Assembly: GCA_951406725.2 (NCBI GenBank)
Contig: OX597836.1
Span: 4,154,001-4,218,000, forward strand
Direction of reading: 5' to 3'
Origin: Octopus vulgaris
Lineage: Eukaryota
DNA length: 64,000 bases
The translations under genes and the position numbers were made by a program. A model generated the notes under the pieces. It was not told the DNA's origin, ran no database searches, and saw nothing but the letters and a program-made list of their open reading frames with translations. The stretch's first letter is position 1; every line of letters starts with the position of its first letter. This document shows, one piece after another, positions 41,034-56,617 of the stretch.

Positions 41034-42052
41034 TTTTATGGGCGGTCTACTGCCAATTAAATCAAATGAATAGGTTCATTCGTACGTATTTTATTGACCC
41101 CAAAATGAATGACAGGACAAATTGCACGAGACGGAATTTGATTGCAGGCGTTAAAGGGAAGTCACTCAACGATGCAGACGAATTTAATTCCAAGCATTCC
41201 CAATTAATTGCAACGCAATTTGTTGTTCTCCTAATAAATGTTCTTTTTCTAACACTCACGAGACAAGAACACTTCAATGGACATCAATGCCTTCACCGAT
41301 ATTTCAATTAATAACCCCATTTAATTATTGCATCTCTTGTTTCTTTTTCCTCTTTTTCCTGGAGTACGCTACTGATTGTATAAGTAAAGGCCACGTTTTA
41401 TGTTTTGCGCAAATAATTTCCCGTCGTCAAATATTGTGAGTTACAGATAATCGATAACACTAATTTATATATTAACCCTTCGGCCTATATATGTGAGGGA
41501 GTGCACATTTGTTCGTCTCTGTGCTGGTATGTGGTTAATCAATTGACAGCAGAGTTATTTTGTTTACATCCAAATAACTGTTCGACAAAAAAGGACCAAA
41601 CAAACAAGTACAATATAAACAAGTTCAGTGTCGATTTTTCTATGAAACTCTCCAAAATGGTGGTCTAGCTTAACCCGCGGCAATCCTGATTGCATTTTCG
41701 TTTAAGGACCCCAAAAGGATGAACGAAGAAGTGCATGACCTAGTGTTTATCATGCTGCACTCATGATTACGTCATTAAGGCTTCGATTTCCGGGTCGACG
41801 GACCGTTGATTCCTTGAGCAAAACCCTTCACTACACTTTATTTCCGTACACATATCTGTAAAAGAGTAATCCTGCGACAGACCGGTGCTCTGGAGAAATT
41901 GTGTGATTTCGGTCGTTTCATTCTCTGTCCGTCCTTCTTCCCCCCTGTCTCACGTCCTCCTACTCCTGTCGGCCGTCGCGGCGAGACTTAGCAGTCGCGC
42001 TGGTACGCTGCCGCCGTTCGGGTTATTTTTTCACCATTTTTTTTTCTTTTTC

Positions 42053-42250
42053 CCGTAAGATGTTGGTTTTATGAATTCCTCGGTCGGGCGACGCGTTGTG
42101 TTCTTGACCAAAACACTTCAATTTACGTTGTTTGAGTCTCTTGAGCTGTAGAAACGAGAAATGCAGGACACGCATGCGATGTATGGGGTCCCGTCTAATC
42201 GGGTCGAGGAAATATATATGTGCCATAGAATCTGGGAAAAAGGCCTTTGG
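42053..42250 (+). mobile_element. Diverged V-like SINE, close relative of 40483-40680
   Basis: Shares gttttatgaattcct and gagctgtagaaacgagaaatgcagga with that copy. Confidence 0.75.
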
Positions 42251-43049
42251 GCGCATCCCTTTCCGCACTTCGTCACGCGAGTAACGACGTATGGCAAGGA
42301 AGTTAATAGTAGTAGTAGCAAATATCGCAACCCTAGACGTGGTTTCGCCATGCAAACTGGGGGACCTGGTTTCGCCATGCAAACTGGGGGACCTGCCCTG
42401 TGAGATTTATGTCTCCAATCATGAAAATCCAGGGGCCCAACGATGACAAAAGAAGCCGACCTGCACAGGTTTTGAACTGAATGAATAAAATATCGGAACA
42501 AATGCGGCACAGCAGTTAGCCGGACACTCTATCAACCCTACCAGCGGACTACTTGCTATGTCTATAGAAAAACCTAACATCAATAACAAATGTTAGACTT
42601 TTTAAAAATCATTCAGCAGATAATATGGAAATGGTGTTTTGTTTCTTTTACCAATGGTATTTTGTTTCTTACTTTTACCAATTCAGACAGAATTTGTGTT
42701 GTGACATTACCGAATGATTTTTAATATAAGCAAAAACAATTTATTTTCACCATTTAACCTTTCCGCAAAAGAAACAGTAAAATACAGAATATAATTGACA
42801 CGCAAATAAAAAACTAAATATACCCGAGAACATACAAGATGGACTTGCAAAAAGTAAACAAAAGCTAATTTAAACAATTATGCAACGCAAATTGCTTTAA
42901 AAATTTGAGTTTACATATATGTGTGTGTGTGTATGTGTGCGTGCGGGCGCAAGCGTGTGTTTATAAATATATGCTCCTTGCTTCTTTGTATTGTTTTTTT
43001 TACGTTATGCTTTATTGCTGCTACTTTCTAATATACTTTAAAATCGAAT

Positions 43050-43080
<31 letters not shown>

Positions 43081-43088
43081 ATATATAT

Positions 43089-43204
<116 letters not shown>

Positions 43205-43319
43205 GTGTACGTATACACATATGGAAACGTATATATAATGTGTATACATACATACATATTTATAAATAGCTACATATACACGCACATTTATATATATAGA
43301 AACCTACAAATATACACAC

Positions 43320-43359
<40 letters not shown>

Positions 43360-43941
43360 ACACACATACATATGTACCAAGCATTAGTGATGGTTTTGAT
43401 TACGATTCGTATAGTTTTCTCTATAGTTTTGTAATATTCTCATTGTTCTGGATTGTTATTGAAAAAAAAAACAACAAAATTTATCAATATCATCATCATC
43501 ATCATCATTATCTTCATCATCATCATCATCGTCGTCATCACCATCATCAGCATCATCATCGCATATTATTATTATTATTGTTGTTATTCTTGCTGCTGTC
43601 GTTGTTGTTTTTTGTTGCTCTTGTTGTTTGTATTTTTTGTTGTTTTTGTTTCGGCTGCTACTTCTGCTACCGCTGCTACCGCTGCTTCTGCTGCTTCAGC
43701 TGCTGCTGCTGTTCCTGTAGATGATGTTGCGGTTGTTGTGGTGGCTGTGATATTATCTTTCATGTATTCTATTGGTGAGATTAATTCTATTTATTCTTCT
43801 CTCTGTGCATCTCTCCTAATCTATTTAAAAAACTAAATGGAGTCCTTATATTTAATTATGATTTCAGACAGATAGAGTTGATTTTAATAGTCGTAACATT
43901 ATATAGCTATATAAATGAGCGCTACCCCCACCCACCCAAAG

Positions 43942-43992
<51 letters not shown>

Positions 43993-44155
43993 CGTATGTA
44001 TGTGTATATGTATATATATATATATATGCACTTATATATATATATATTATGTATATATATATATATATATGCACTTATATATATATATATATATTATGCA
44101 TATACATATATATATGCACTTATATATATATTATATGTATATATATATATGCACT

Positions 44156-44190
<35 letters not shown>

Positions 44191-45647
44191 TGTATATATA
44201 TTATATATATATGTGTATGTGTATATGTATGTATATCTGTGTGTATATACAATATGGGCGTATCTCACTATCGAGAATTGAGTTGGTATCAGGATATACT
44301 ATGCTTTCTCCTTTTATTTTAAGTGGCCGTGTTATACGCGAGCATATGCATGCACAGTCACGTGTCTCTCACACATGGTGACACGGCGACAAACATGCAG
44401 AATGTGTCATTTGGAGGAAGATATTGCAGTTGACCCTTTGACCGATAATATGGTACTATATTCCTATGTAACTATGGTTCTATGGTTGTAGATGCCTATA
44501 GCTTAGTGGCTAGAGTTTTGGATTCGTGATTGTATGAGTCTGAATTTCATTCTTGCAACGGATGCGCGGTGCTGTGTTCTTCAGCAAAATACTTCCCGTT
44601 GCTCCAGCCCACTCAACTGATAAAAGTGCGTATTCTTGCAACAGATTAGCGTCCCATCAAATGGGGGTGGCGGAATACATGCGCCATAGAAACTTGGAAA
44701 TCTGTCCTATGTTTCATATAAAGTAATGTAGACTAACCAAGCATAATAGTATGGTAGCACTGTTGTGTGGCAGTATGGTACAATACATATCACTCCTGAA
44801 AGCGCGAGATGCAAGGATGTTCCTACGCGAATGTAAGCTCAAGACCGCCGAAAGCCGGAGAAAATGCTGCAAATAAGGTATATTATATTATCAGGTATAT
44901 TATCGATTCTGATAAAATATCGGATTTGAAATATTTTGAAAAATCTCACATCTAAGCGCAGGCGTTGTTGTGTGGTAAGAAACTTGATCTCCAACTACAT
45001 GGCTCCGCGTTCAGTCCCCCAGAACGACACCATGTTTAAGTCCCCGTAACGTAGTGGTTCGGATAAAGAGACCGATAGATACGTACCAGGCTTGGGAAAA
45101 TATAACAAGTGCGGGGTTTCATCCTTTCTACATATATTCTTCAAGGTTGTGCCCCAGAATAGCTTCAGCCTAATTTGTTGGACGAGTAAAATGTGAAAGA
45201 TAACTATGCTTGTTCTTTCCTTCAGTTATGCCTATGTAGCGTTCACACACAACTTTGAGGTTTGGTTTTGTCGAGATCACTCCTATTATGAAGAGATTAA
45301 TTCTTTGCTACAGGATTTATGAAGTGGGCATGTATATTCCATTATATTAATTGTTGTTTGTTTATGTAATATTTACCATAAAGGCGGTAAAACAATAATT
45401 CGCCTTAAATTCATGCCTTTGAAGCGCTTTCTATGTTTATTTTTAATTATAATTTATAGATGCTTTTGCAATATTTCATTTTAGATTAAATGAATAAGTG
45501 AATGCACAGCCCTTTGCTCTTAAAGAGCCTTTATTTTCTTTCTTTTTGGGGGTGAGAGGAGCGAAAAGTGAGTTCATAATTTTATGTTCGAATAAAAAGT
45601 AGTTAAATGTGATTGTGGTTTGGGGCCTCTATCGTATTATTGTGATA

Positions 45648-45866
45648 TTTCCCACAGAGGGATAAACTCAGAGGGGACGAACTAGGATAGGCAGAGGGAT
45701 TAAGTTGATTACATCGACTCCAGTGCGTAACTGTTACTTATTTAATCGACCTCGAAAAGATGAAAGCCAAAGTCGACTTCGGCGTAATTTGAACTGAGAA
45801 CGTCACGACAGACGAAATACCGCAAAGCATTTTGCTTGCTAACGGTTCTGCCAGCTCGCCGCCCTT
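45648..45866 (-). mobile_element. SINE family B
   Basis: cccacagaggg...aagtcgacttcggcgtaatttgaactgagaacg...ccagctcgccgccc. Confidence 0.85.
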
Positions 45867-46210
45867 GCGGTAGGGTATAAAATGGGAAATTCTGTTATTT
45901 TCAACCGCAATGAGTGCTAACAAACAACGTTTATATTGAAATTTTTACTGAACTTGAACATTTCATCCTTCCGCTGTCGATAAAAAACAGGATATTCCGG
46001 TGTTGCTCTAAGACAAATTATGCCGGAACTCTAAGAGCTTTGCACAAAATACTTCATGACATATGTTCCAGCTCTTTACCGAGATGAATGAGAAATAATT
46101 TATCTGTCAAGCCGATGAAATGGCGTCTCATGAAAATGTATTCGAAGGAAGGCAATAAGCAAACCTCTTTTGCGTTCCCTCAGGAAAATTATTATTATTA
46201 TTATCATTAT

Positions 46211-46766
46211 TGAGTGAGAGAGCAGTTCATGCCATCAAAGTGACACTGGGGTAAAATATACGAAGCGCAATATACCCATCATGACTACCCGTCTGATAAG
46301 GGTACACCAGGCACATGCATCACAACCATATGTGCGCGACATGGTGATCTCATATCAAGATAAACAGCACATGACCTTGCAGGTGGGACCCAGTTAGAAT
46401 TTTCTTCAGGTTGAGTAGCCCATCCCGCTCAAACGGTCCCTGAATAAGGGTTGTTTAAGGATGTTGAAAGAACCACACATGTTTCCTGAGGTGAATTATT
46501 CAAACCCCCAAAGAATCCCTCTCAACACATGGCTATGATGCTCCCCCACTACTTCTGCTCGTGATCAGAGATGCACATATCATCAGCCACTAAGGGACAT
46601 GCTCAACTGGTTAAGGTCAAACAACTGACAAGCAGATCTGTGGTATTGAGCAGAATATTTGCTATAGCCCATATTTTATACCAAGACAAAATAATGTACA
46701 TGATAACACTTCCAATCAGTTAAGATCAGAAGCCATGAGAGCCACTGCCTGGTACTGCATCAGGGC

Positions 46767-46767
<1 letters not shown>
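46211..46767. mobile_element. Non-coding interspersed element (family C) inserted in (TTA)n
   Basis: Sharp boundaries against (TTA)n on both sides; second copy at 61618-62023. Confidence 0.8.
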
Positions 46768-46827
<60 letters not shown>

Positions 46828-47741
46828 GGTATTATTATTATTATTACTATTATAATTATTATTATTGATTGATTGTTCTTCTCATTATATACTGCCTGTG
46901 CTTAAATGGTTCTTATTTTATCCACTCCGAAAAAGAAGAAGTCAAAGTCGAGCTTGACAGATTTTGCACTGAGAACGTGAAGGTGATTGAAATGCTGTAA
47001 CATGTTGATTGGTGTGCTAAATCTGCTGCAGCTCACCGCCTTACATGTGTCTAAACATCAGTTTCCAATCTTGGAGCAATTCCAGCAAGTTCGTGGGATA
47101 AGATATATTGAATACATCGCCTCAGTGTTCGACTGGTACCTATATTATCGACCCGAAATGTTGAAAGGTAAAGTCGACCTCGGTGGTATCAGGTGTGAAA
47201 AATGTAAATTAAAAAATTCCCAAGAATTGCACCTGTCTGCGTTAAACTACAAATAGAAAATAATGAATACTTTACGCTTCTATGAATTAAGTGGATACAA
47301 ATCGTGATGGACATAGCTGGAACCCCTACGATAATAGTTCACCTGTATGCGAACATTCATATACATGATATATAGTTAAATCATTGCAGCTAAGAAGCAA
47401 CATTCCAAAGTTTTCCATTCTTAAGGAAAAGTAAACAAATATGGAAATTTTTGTCTTGAAATTTAAAAATCGTTGCACGATTTTCATTTCACCTATGAGG
47501 TTCGTTGTGCGCTATGCTTTACGTATGCATATGTGTGTGTATATGTACGTAAATATATAAATATGTACACATACATGTATGTGTACATGCACATGTATAT
47601 GATGTATGGCTTATAAATGAAGATAGGTGTATATTTATAGATTTAGATATAATGTACATTCCTATATGAATATTTATTCATACACTCACACACACTCTGA
47701 TATACATATATATTTGTATATGTGAGGGTGTTTAAGTGTGT

Positions 47742-47788
<47 letters not shown>

Positions 47789-48216
47789 CGTGTTCAGAAA
47801 AATATCACCAACAATCTTGAGATCGTAGTGTTCTGGGAATAAGGGAATATGATGTTTCTTGTTCTCATACAAATCTCAAATATGGAGGTAGAGATAGCCA
47901 GGGAGAAATGTAATTGTGGTGTGTTAACAATTTCTTACAATGATGGCGATACGTGCGTACATACACACACACATACATACATGCATACATACATACATAT
48001 ATACATACATACATACATACATACATACATGCATACATACATATACACACATATACATACATGGATACATATATGTGTAACATATACATACACACGCGTG
48101 TACATACGTTGGTATATGCGTTTGCATATATATATGTATATAAATATATATATATCTTTCTCTCTGTCTCTCTCTCTCTCTCTTTACATATATATATGTG
48201 TGTGTGTGTATGTGTG

Positions 48217-48287
<71 letters not shown>

Positions 48288-48436
48288 TGTGAATTCAAGT
48301 TCTTGATTCTCAAGTGAATGAATAAGAGAGGCTTTCTAAACATATCCGCTTGGCTATTCAGTTACTGCTGGAAGTAACTTGGTGCGAAAATACGTATATA
48401 TACATACATATATATGTGTATATATTTATATACATA

Positions 48437-48477
<41 letters not shown>

Positions 48478-51116
48478 GTATATAGTGGAAAGAAGGAGAG
48501 GGAGAGATGTGCGCGAAAAAGTTTAGGAAAAGTATATGTGAATATGTGAAAATGCTCTTGTTGTGAGCGCTCAACAATATTACAATATAGTTGTATGATA
48601 TGCGTATTATGGTATTTCAGAATGTATTATTCTGTTATTGGTGCATTCAACAAGAAAAAAAAAAAATTCTCCATCTATTCAGAATTGAATGTCAATTAAT
48701 ATACATAGGTTTTTAAAGTGAGGTGCTATACAGCTATACGTATCATGCTTCTTGTAATACAATAGGTGAAAGCGGCCAACTGGCGGAATCGTTACGAGCC
48801 GAGGACCAAGATTAAAAGCGTTCCATATGTCTTTTCATTTTGTTTTCATAATCCCCCGAGGACGACTTTGCATATTTGTATTTCGAGGTCGATAAAATAA
48901 ATATCAGTGAAGTCCTGGGCTCGATATAATCGATTTGTCTCTCTCGTTAAATTACTGGTCTTTGGCGAGATTTCAAGCGAATATTAAAACGGTGAAGTTA
49001 TATAGTTTCAGGTACATAATTAAATGTCAGTGAAGATTACTAGGTACTCAAAGCACCGCCATCTCTATGAATGCCACTCTGGTTTCCATTACCCTTCTGT
49101 ATTCATGATTAGCCATATCTCATTTGTGACGTTTTCCAGATTCGTAGCTGAACGCTTCCTCAGTAGACTGTCACCACACATTATTCGTCAATGACAACGT
49201 CAAAGTAAGTTAGACCTGCACAAATAATTTCACGTCAAAAAATGCCGAAACAATCCAGAACACATACCATACAGGAACAGCACTAGACCCCCATTATTGC
49301 GGGTAATGTTTGCACCCAGGAATTGTCCGCTGAACAAATTTTACTGTAGAACATGAAAAAGTGTAATGTTTGGCCATCTTTGTCAACAATAACTCTATAA
49401 TCGAATGCGACATCGCTCTAAATGTCAGCGCTTCCAAATTCTAACTCTATCAGCATCTCCATCGCAAATCAGAATGAGATTTAATCTCTAGATTAGTTTG
49501 TAAATGTCTCCGCTAAATAAAATGAATTATTGATTTTTCTTTTTTAGAAATTAACAAACAATTATAATAAATTTGTTGATTGAGATCGATAAAATAGAAA
49601 CAGCCAACTTTGTCTAAATGTTCTTTAGAGATTAATTCTGTTATTTACAGAGTTACACTTCTAAAAATTTCAATTGAAAATACAAAATTGCACGAGACTA
49701 CATTGTGATCTCTCTCCCTACCAATTCTCTCTCTCTCACTACCAATTTTCTCTCTCTCCCTCTCCCCCTCCCTATCTATCTAACCAGGATGCATGTGAGA
49801 GTTTTCGTTCCTTGTTGCGAACACAACAATCTCATGCCCTCATCCGACCCTTCACCGCTACAAAATGGATTTTTTTTCTTTAGTGTAAGTCTTATATGCC
49901 AATATGTGAATTTGGGTTGTCCGGATCTGTGTTTCGTTTCGATACTTCGTTTGTATTTCAATGTTTTTGTGTGTGTGCATGTGTATGTATTATTGTATTA
50001 TTGTATGCTCCCTCTCTATGACAGGTGACCATGTGTGAGCCTCTGCTTATGTATATGTATATGTGTGTGCCTGTGCAACGTCAATGTTGTTATTCCTGTA
50101 TGTTAGTCTTTTGGTATTTAACCTTCCAGGGAGTCGCTGTTTATTCTCGAGATATTTCTCCGTACTCTCTCTGCACATACGTTTAACACGTAATTCCACT
50201 GGCGACTGCTATTAAAAGGGAGAAAATCGCTTCAGCTTTTAAGTATGTTGAAGAATTTATGTAAAAGAGTGAGGGGCATACATATATTTCTATGTAATTC
50301 TTTTATTGTTTCTTCATTTCCATAAGATAAAGTTCTTAAAGTCACTGCAGGATATCCTCCTCGTTGTTGACTCGTCAGCACAACATAACTCGGGTTACAT
50401 TTTCCCTTCTTCTCATTCTCTCACGCCTATATTCGCTTACATAGACACACATTAGTAACTTAATATGACACAGTCCAGCGGTCTACTATTCTTCTAATTC
50501 TCCTTTAATCTCAAGAGCTTGCTCCGTGCATAAATTAAATCACACACCAGTATTTACATATTTCGTCTCTGACATATATATACACATACATTCATGGATA
50601 TACATATAAGCACGTGATATACATATACGTATTCACTCTACTACAATGTACACATACCGCGTTGAAGAAAATTCACATCTTTCGTGAAGAACCTGGATTT
50701 ATATAAAATTTCCAAAATCAATGAATTTGAATTAAGTGAAACATAAGACAATAAATTTTCGGCTTTCGAATCTAAGCCAATATCTTAGAAAGCCAATTAT
50801 TAGGAGAATTTAATGCCTGTCACATTATGGCAGCTCCTGAATAGTCTTAATGATTAGCGTGAAATTGTTGGATGGAGTTGGCATTGCTCTCGGTCGATGT
50901 TGCTGTTGTTGGTGATGTGTAACTACGTGCACACGTGCATGTATTATATGTGTGTATGTATTTATATACATAGATATACGCTTATTTATAAATGTGTGTG
51001 TGTGTTTGCGTGTTTGCGTGTATACTTACATTTATATGCATACACCTCACACACGCACACCCACACACACATACACACGTACTCGCACACGAAAACACAC
51101 ATACGTATGTATATAT

Positions 51117-51176
<60 letters not shown>

Positions 51177-51190
51177 ATATACATATATAT

Positions 51191-51305
<115 letters not shown>

Positions 51306-51594
51306 GTATTTATATATATGTATATATGCATATATATATATATACATATACATACTCTCACATGCACTCTGGTTCCCTGATCAAGCGAGTGCTCAAGTAT
51401 TCAATGTAGGTGAGGAGTGAATTGAAAGAGCTGACTAAAATTAATTGTTATTTCAAATCCAAACATGTTGTATGATGTTCATTTAAGAGAGAGCGGGAAC
51501 AGTCTATGTTATGGAACCTAGTACTGAATTCACCCTTCTTTTATTTCCTGCAATGTAAGAAAGGCAAACTTCATCACGGCCCAATTTCAACTTG

Positions 51595-51636
<42 letters not shown>

Positions 51637-51677
51637 TACATAATTAATTATACATACATACACACACATATATATAT

Positions 51678-51741
<64 letters not shown>

Positions 51742-53118
51742 ATCCTAAGGAGAAACACCACATCCTTGCCACTTGCTTTCCAGCCAACTTCATGTTAAAG
51801 CCAAATATATTCCAAGTATTAGTCTTTTACTCACTGAATGCTGTTCACATCCCATATCGACGCGCTAAGTACAGTGATATTTTTACTTTTTGGAAACAAA
51901 AAAGGACAAAGTATTTGAAAATGTATATTCCATTACGCTTAAGCATTGTACCCTTTACGAGGATATATTTTGACATCTGGAAGTACGACTCAGTATGGCC
52001 CGTTTTAAAGAAAATTACCTCCACTTATCTAAAACGACTATCATATTACGATACGACTCGCACCTCTATAACGCCACTGAATAAATCAAGTCAGTTACAA
52101 CGGATAACTTTCAACAACATTTTGAACCTCCTCTTCTCCCCTCTCTCCCTCTCTCACTTTTTGCCTGTCAAGTGACCACCATTACGGTTTTTGTAATACT
52201 GAATCTCATGAAGAACTACTTACATTTGCTCATCATCAGCGAACCCTCACTTAGAGTCTGTGTCACCAGGAAAATCTTGAAACACGTCTGTAATGTGGCA
52301 TCTCAGGGGCATTTAACAATGTGTCAATATATAATTTGTGGAATCTGATTAGTACCGAGTTTCACAAGATCAATGTTGCTCTTGCCACGATAAAGCTTCG
52401 TCACTCTGACATTGTATATGGCAATAATTATTATCTATCTGGTGCTTAATTCATCGACTCCGAAAGGACGAGGTCGACTGCGGAGAAATTTGAACTCAGC
52501 GTAAAGACTGCTAAGCATTTCGCCCGTTATGATAAAAAAGTAAATATTTTCAAAGCGTATGGGTGGTTATTCTGAGGTACTCTTAAACTAGCAGTGAGTG
52601 CATTTCTTAAGACAATTTTGTATAAATCTGAAAGAGATAGATAGAGAGACATACACACTGATAAATGATGAGAGACAGAGAAATCACGTTTTTATTAACC
52701 AGCAACGGAGCGACCACTTAGAGCCGTATTGTCTTGGTATTTGCTAATGTAAATTAATCTTTCATAAGAGGTAAAAGGGGCAATCTTCAGAGAAAGTATT
52801 CAATAAAATATTTATTTTATTTCTCTATGGCAAACGCAATCATAATGCAACTGAAACATTTTTCATTTTAGTGACTTGCATTTGTGAAGATGTAACAACC
52901 AGCCAACAGTTCAGTTGGCGTTTTACTGATTATATTTGACTTATGTCTCGAAGACAAAAGTTTCTTTCGAAAAAGTAATCTTAACTGCTTGACAAAACGT
53001 AATATTATAACAGCAAACACAAAGACGATTCTAAGACAATTCCAATAATATGACATCAAACTAATACAATATATATATATAGAAAAATAAAACAAACACA
53101 GGAAATGAGAAAGAAAAC

Positions 53119-53163
<45 letters not shown>

Positions 53164-53792
53164 TAATAATAATAATAATAGTAATGATAATAATAACAGA
53201 ACGGAACATCATGAAACAGGATTCAGTTGAGTGACATGTTGATTCGATAGTTTATCTTTCTAAAATAGTCTTGACACATCGGCCATCTTTAGATGAATTG
53301 GATTCTAAGAACCACTGTCATGGTGTGCCGACATTACCGAACAGGAAATGACAGAAAGTAATTCAAGATTTCCAGTACAATTTCGTTTTGGAATAGAATA
53401 CCGTGTCTTTAATGTTGAATGTCTTTGCCGTCCATTTTGTGATTTCATGAAAAAGAAAAAGAAAAAGAAAACAAATAAAAATGGTATTTCCTTTCTAGTT
53501 GGATTTGCTGTTTCTTCTGGTTTAAAATCAAAATTCTTTTCTTTTTAATCTCTTTCTTTCCATTGTTTCTTATCTTTCTCATTTTTGCAATCCATCAATC
53601 ACTCTCTCTTAATTAATCGATATATCTACTTTTCTGTTGGCATATCTTTCCGTCTGTCTATCCATTTTTATATCTATCTATTAGGGGAGTGAGATCATAC
53701 ATATCTATACAAACGCACATATCTATGTATGAACATCTATCCATCCATCCATCTATCTATTCATCTATCTATCCATCTATCAATCTATCTAT

Positions 53793-53878
<86 letters not shown>

Positions 53879-54332
53879 GTCTGTCTATGTACCTTCCTAT
53901 AAATGTACCTACTTGTATATATATACATATATATAGATACATATATATATATAAAATGAGCTTCTGTCCTCATATCAGGATGGTTACGAATGCTTGGTAT
54001 AGAGGAGACACCACAAAATGCTGCGCACGCAGGTTAGTCAAGTTACGGGTGTCTAAAAGGGTGTCATATTAGTATATTGCTTATATATCAGAGATCATAT
54101 TTGACCCAATCTAACCTTATATTAGAAGCATTATAAACACAGAATTTTCTGAGAAAGAGAGCCAGGTGAGGCATAAAATATAAATAAAAACATTGAATTA
54201 CTTAAACGTACTCTATTGAAATAGATAATGATGTATATTTACCTGAGACGAAGAGAAAGACAAAGGTAGGGACATGGCGATTCATGCGCAAAATATATTC
54301 GTATTTAGAAATGTGAACTATTAATTTTTGTT

Positions 54333-54371
<39 letters not shown>

Positions 54372-55039
54372 ATACATAGTTACATACACAGTGACATTTA
54401 TTCTAGGTTTTAATGCTTGTGTATGTTGTGTGGGATTGTGTGTACGTATATATATATGTGCGCATGTGCGGGGTGGGTTGGGTGTGTTAGTGAGAGATAG
54501 AGAGATAGAGACAGAGTAAGAGAAATAGGCAAAGAGATGAAGCAAGAAGAAGAGAATGTAAAACCATCGCATATATAAAATTTTCGCTTCATTTACCAAA
54601 ATATTAACCCTTGTATTTTTTTTCTTCCGAAAGATCTCAAAGAATGCAAGATTTTTGCTGGGCATAGAATCTTAACAAAAACATTTCCATTCACACCACC
54701 TGACCTGCACACCGAACCGTAAAGGTTATCTCTTAAGACAGATAATAAAAGGAAGACACAACAATGAATTAAGTGAAGGATGACAGAACGAATTTACATT
54801 TCATAAACCTAGAATTTATCTACGAACGGAAGATCGGAAGCTGGGCGCTTTGTGCGTAAATTTTGGTTTTTACTCTTTACATTTAAATAATGGTAAACAA
54901 CTAATATTAGCACTTGACCCCTCTCTCTCTTTCTTTATCCCTCTCTCTCTCCCTCTCTTACACAGTATATTTCATAAATATCAATATGTAAGTACATATA
55001 TACATACATATATATATACATACATATATATATATACTT

Positions 55040-55076
<37 letters not shown>

Positions 55077-55129
55077 TAAATATATATATGCACACACATA
55101 CGTACACACACACACACATATATATATGC

Positions 55130-55160
<31 letters not shown>

Positions 55161-55375
55161 TGCATATATAAATATATATATGCACACACATACGTACACA
55201 CACATATATATATATATATTTGTATATATATATATACAAATGTACATATATATAAATATATACATATATATATACATATATATATATATACATATATACA
55301 TATATATATATACCTACATATATATACATACATATATATACATGCATACATATATACATATATGAATATACATAT

Positions 55376-55453
<78 letters not shown>

Positions 55454-55590
55454 GTTTCGGTAATATAATCATCATTTAAAATATGTGTATATAGTCTGGA
55501 TATAATGTAGTTTAAAAAACATTAAGATTACTTGATACGCATTTATGGCACAATTGTCTAGAATCGATATGTATTCGTGTATATATGTAT

Positions 55591-55644
<54 letters not shown>

Positions 55645-55846
55645 TAGCGATCATGTATGAATATACATATCCATATCTTATATACATACTCAAATATATA
55701 TAGTTACACACAGCTATACAAATATGTATACATGTGTGTGTGTGTGTGTAGATATATATGTATATATGTTTGAACATATATACATATATGAACGTACTTG
55801 ATAATATATAAGCTTGTATTCATCTATATTCAGCGGATATTCATTG

Positions 55847-55882
<36 letters not shown>

Positions 55883-56301
55883 ATGTGTGTGTGTGTGAGT
55901 GTGTACCGATATGTATAAATATATACTCGATAACCCACTTTATAATGGCCATCACAATAACGATACATCATTATGTTTATAGATTTCTTTCCCTTGTTTA
56001 TAATCTTATTTTTTGTTGTTTCGACGCTCATCATACTAAAAAAAGAAAAAAGAATATACACGAAACGGAAAACAAACTCTGCAAGTATTCCAAGATATAT
56101 TATCGGATATATAATTATCCAATCGCCTTCCGTCTTACGCGACTTTGCAATTGCGGAATAGTTAGAACTGTCGCTTAGATAATGGAGCAATATATCTTAG
56201 TTCGAGTTCGCTTGATGGTAGCAAGACAGCACTGGTTTTCATATCTTTGCTGTTGATAATATTATGAATGCTCCAGCAATGACACATGTAGAAACTAGTT
56301 G

Positions 56302-56343
<42 letters not shown>

Positions 56344-56617
56344 GGCAGGTGTACCACTGCTGCCATTATATTTACAGCTTCACATTGATATTTGTAAGGA
56401 TACTTGCTTTCTGTATATTTATTAATAAACTAGTCAATGGAATAATGTTACCAGTTATGATCAACAGAGCAAATTATAGATAAATACTGGATTCTAAGTT
56501 CCTAAGCGCATTTCAGCCCTTTGGTTGTTTGGAACATTGCGAAGGATATCGCAAGCAGATATCGATGCTAAACCAACGCGAATCTTCAGGGAACGCTCCA
56601 TTCCATCATTGTCTCAA

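Noticed and set aside
42340-42393. CRISPR-like direct repeats (also 15651-15765, 9048-9102)
   Set aside because: Adjacent two-unit duplications with no unique spacers or cas genes; eukaryotic context
46555-46595. CTGATGA on the minus strand of family C as a hammerhead
   Set aside because: No downstream GAAA box; the second copy differs at this site
50351-50395. DILLVVDSS after ctgcag, resembling a vWA exon start
   Set aside because: No polypyrimidine tract, weak donor, MIDAS motif incomplete, no companion exons
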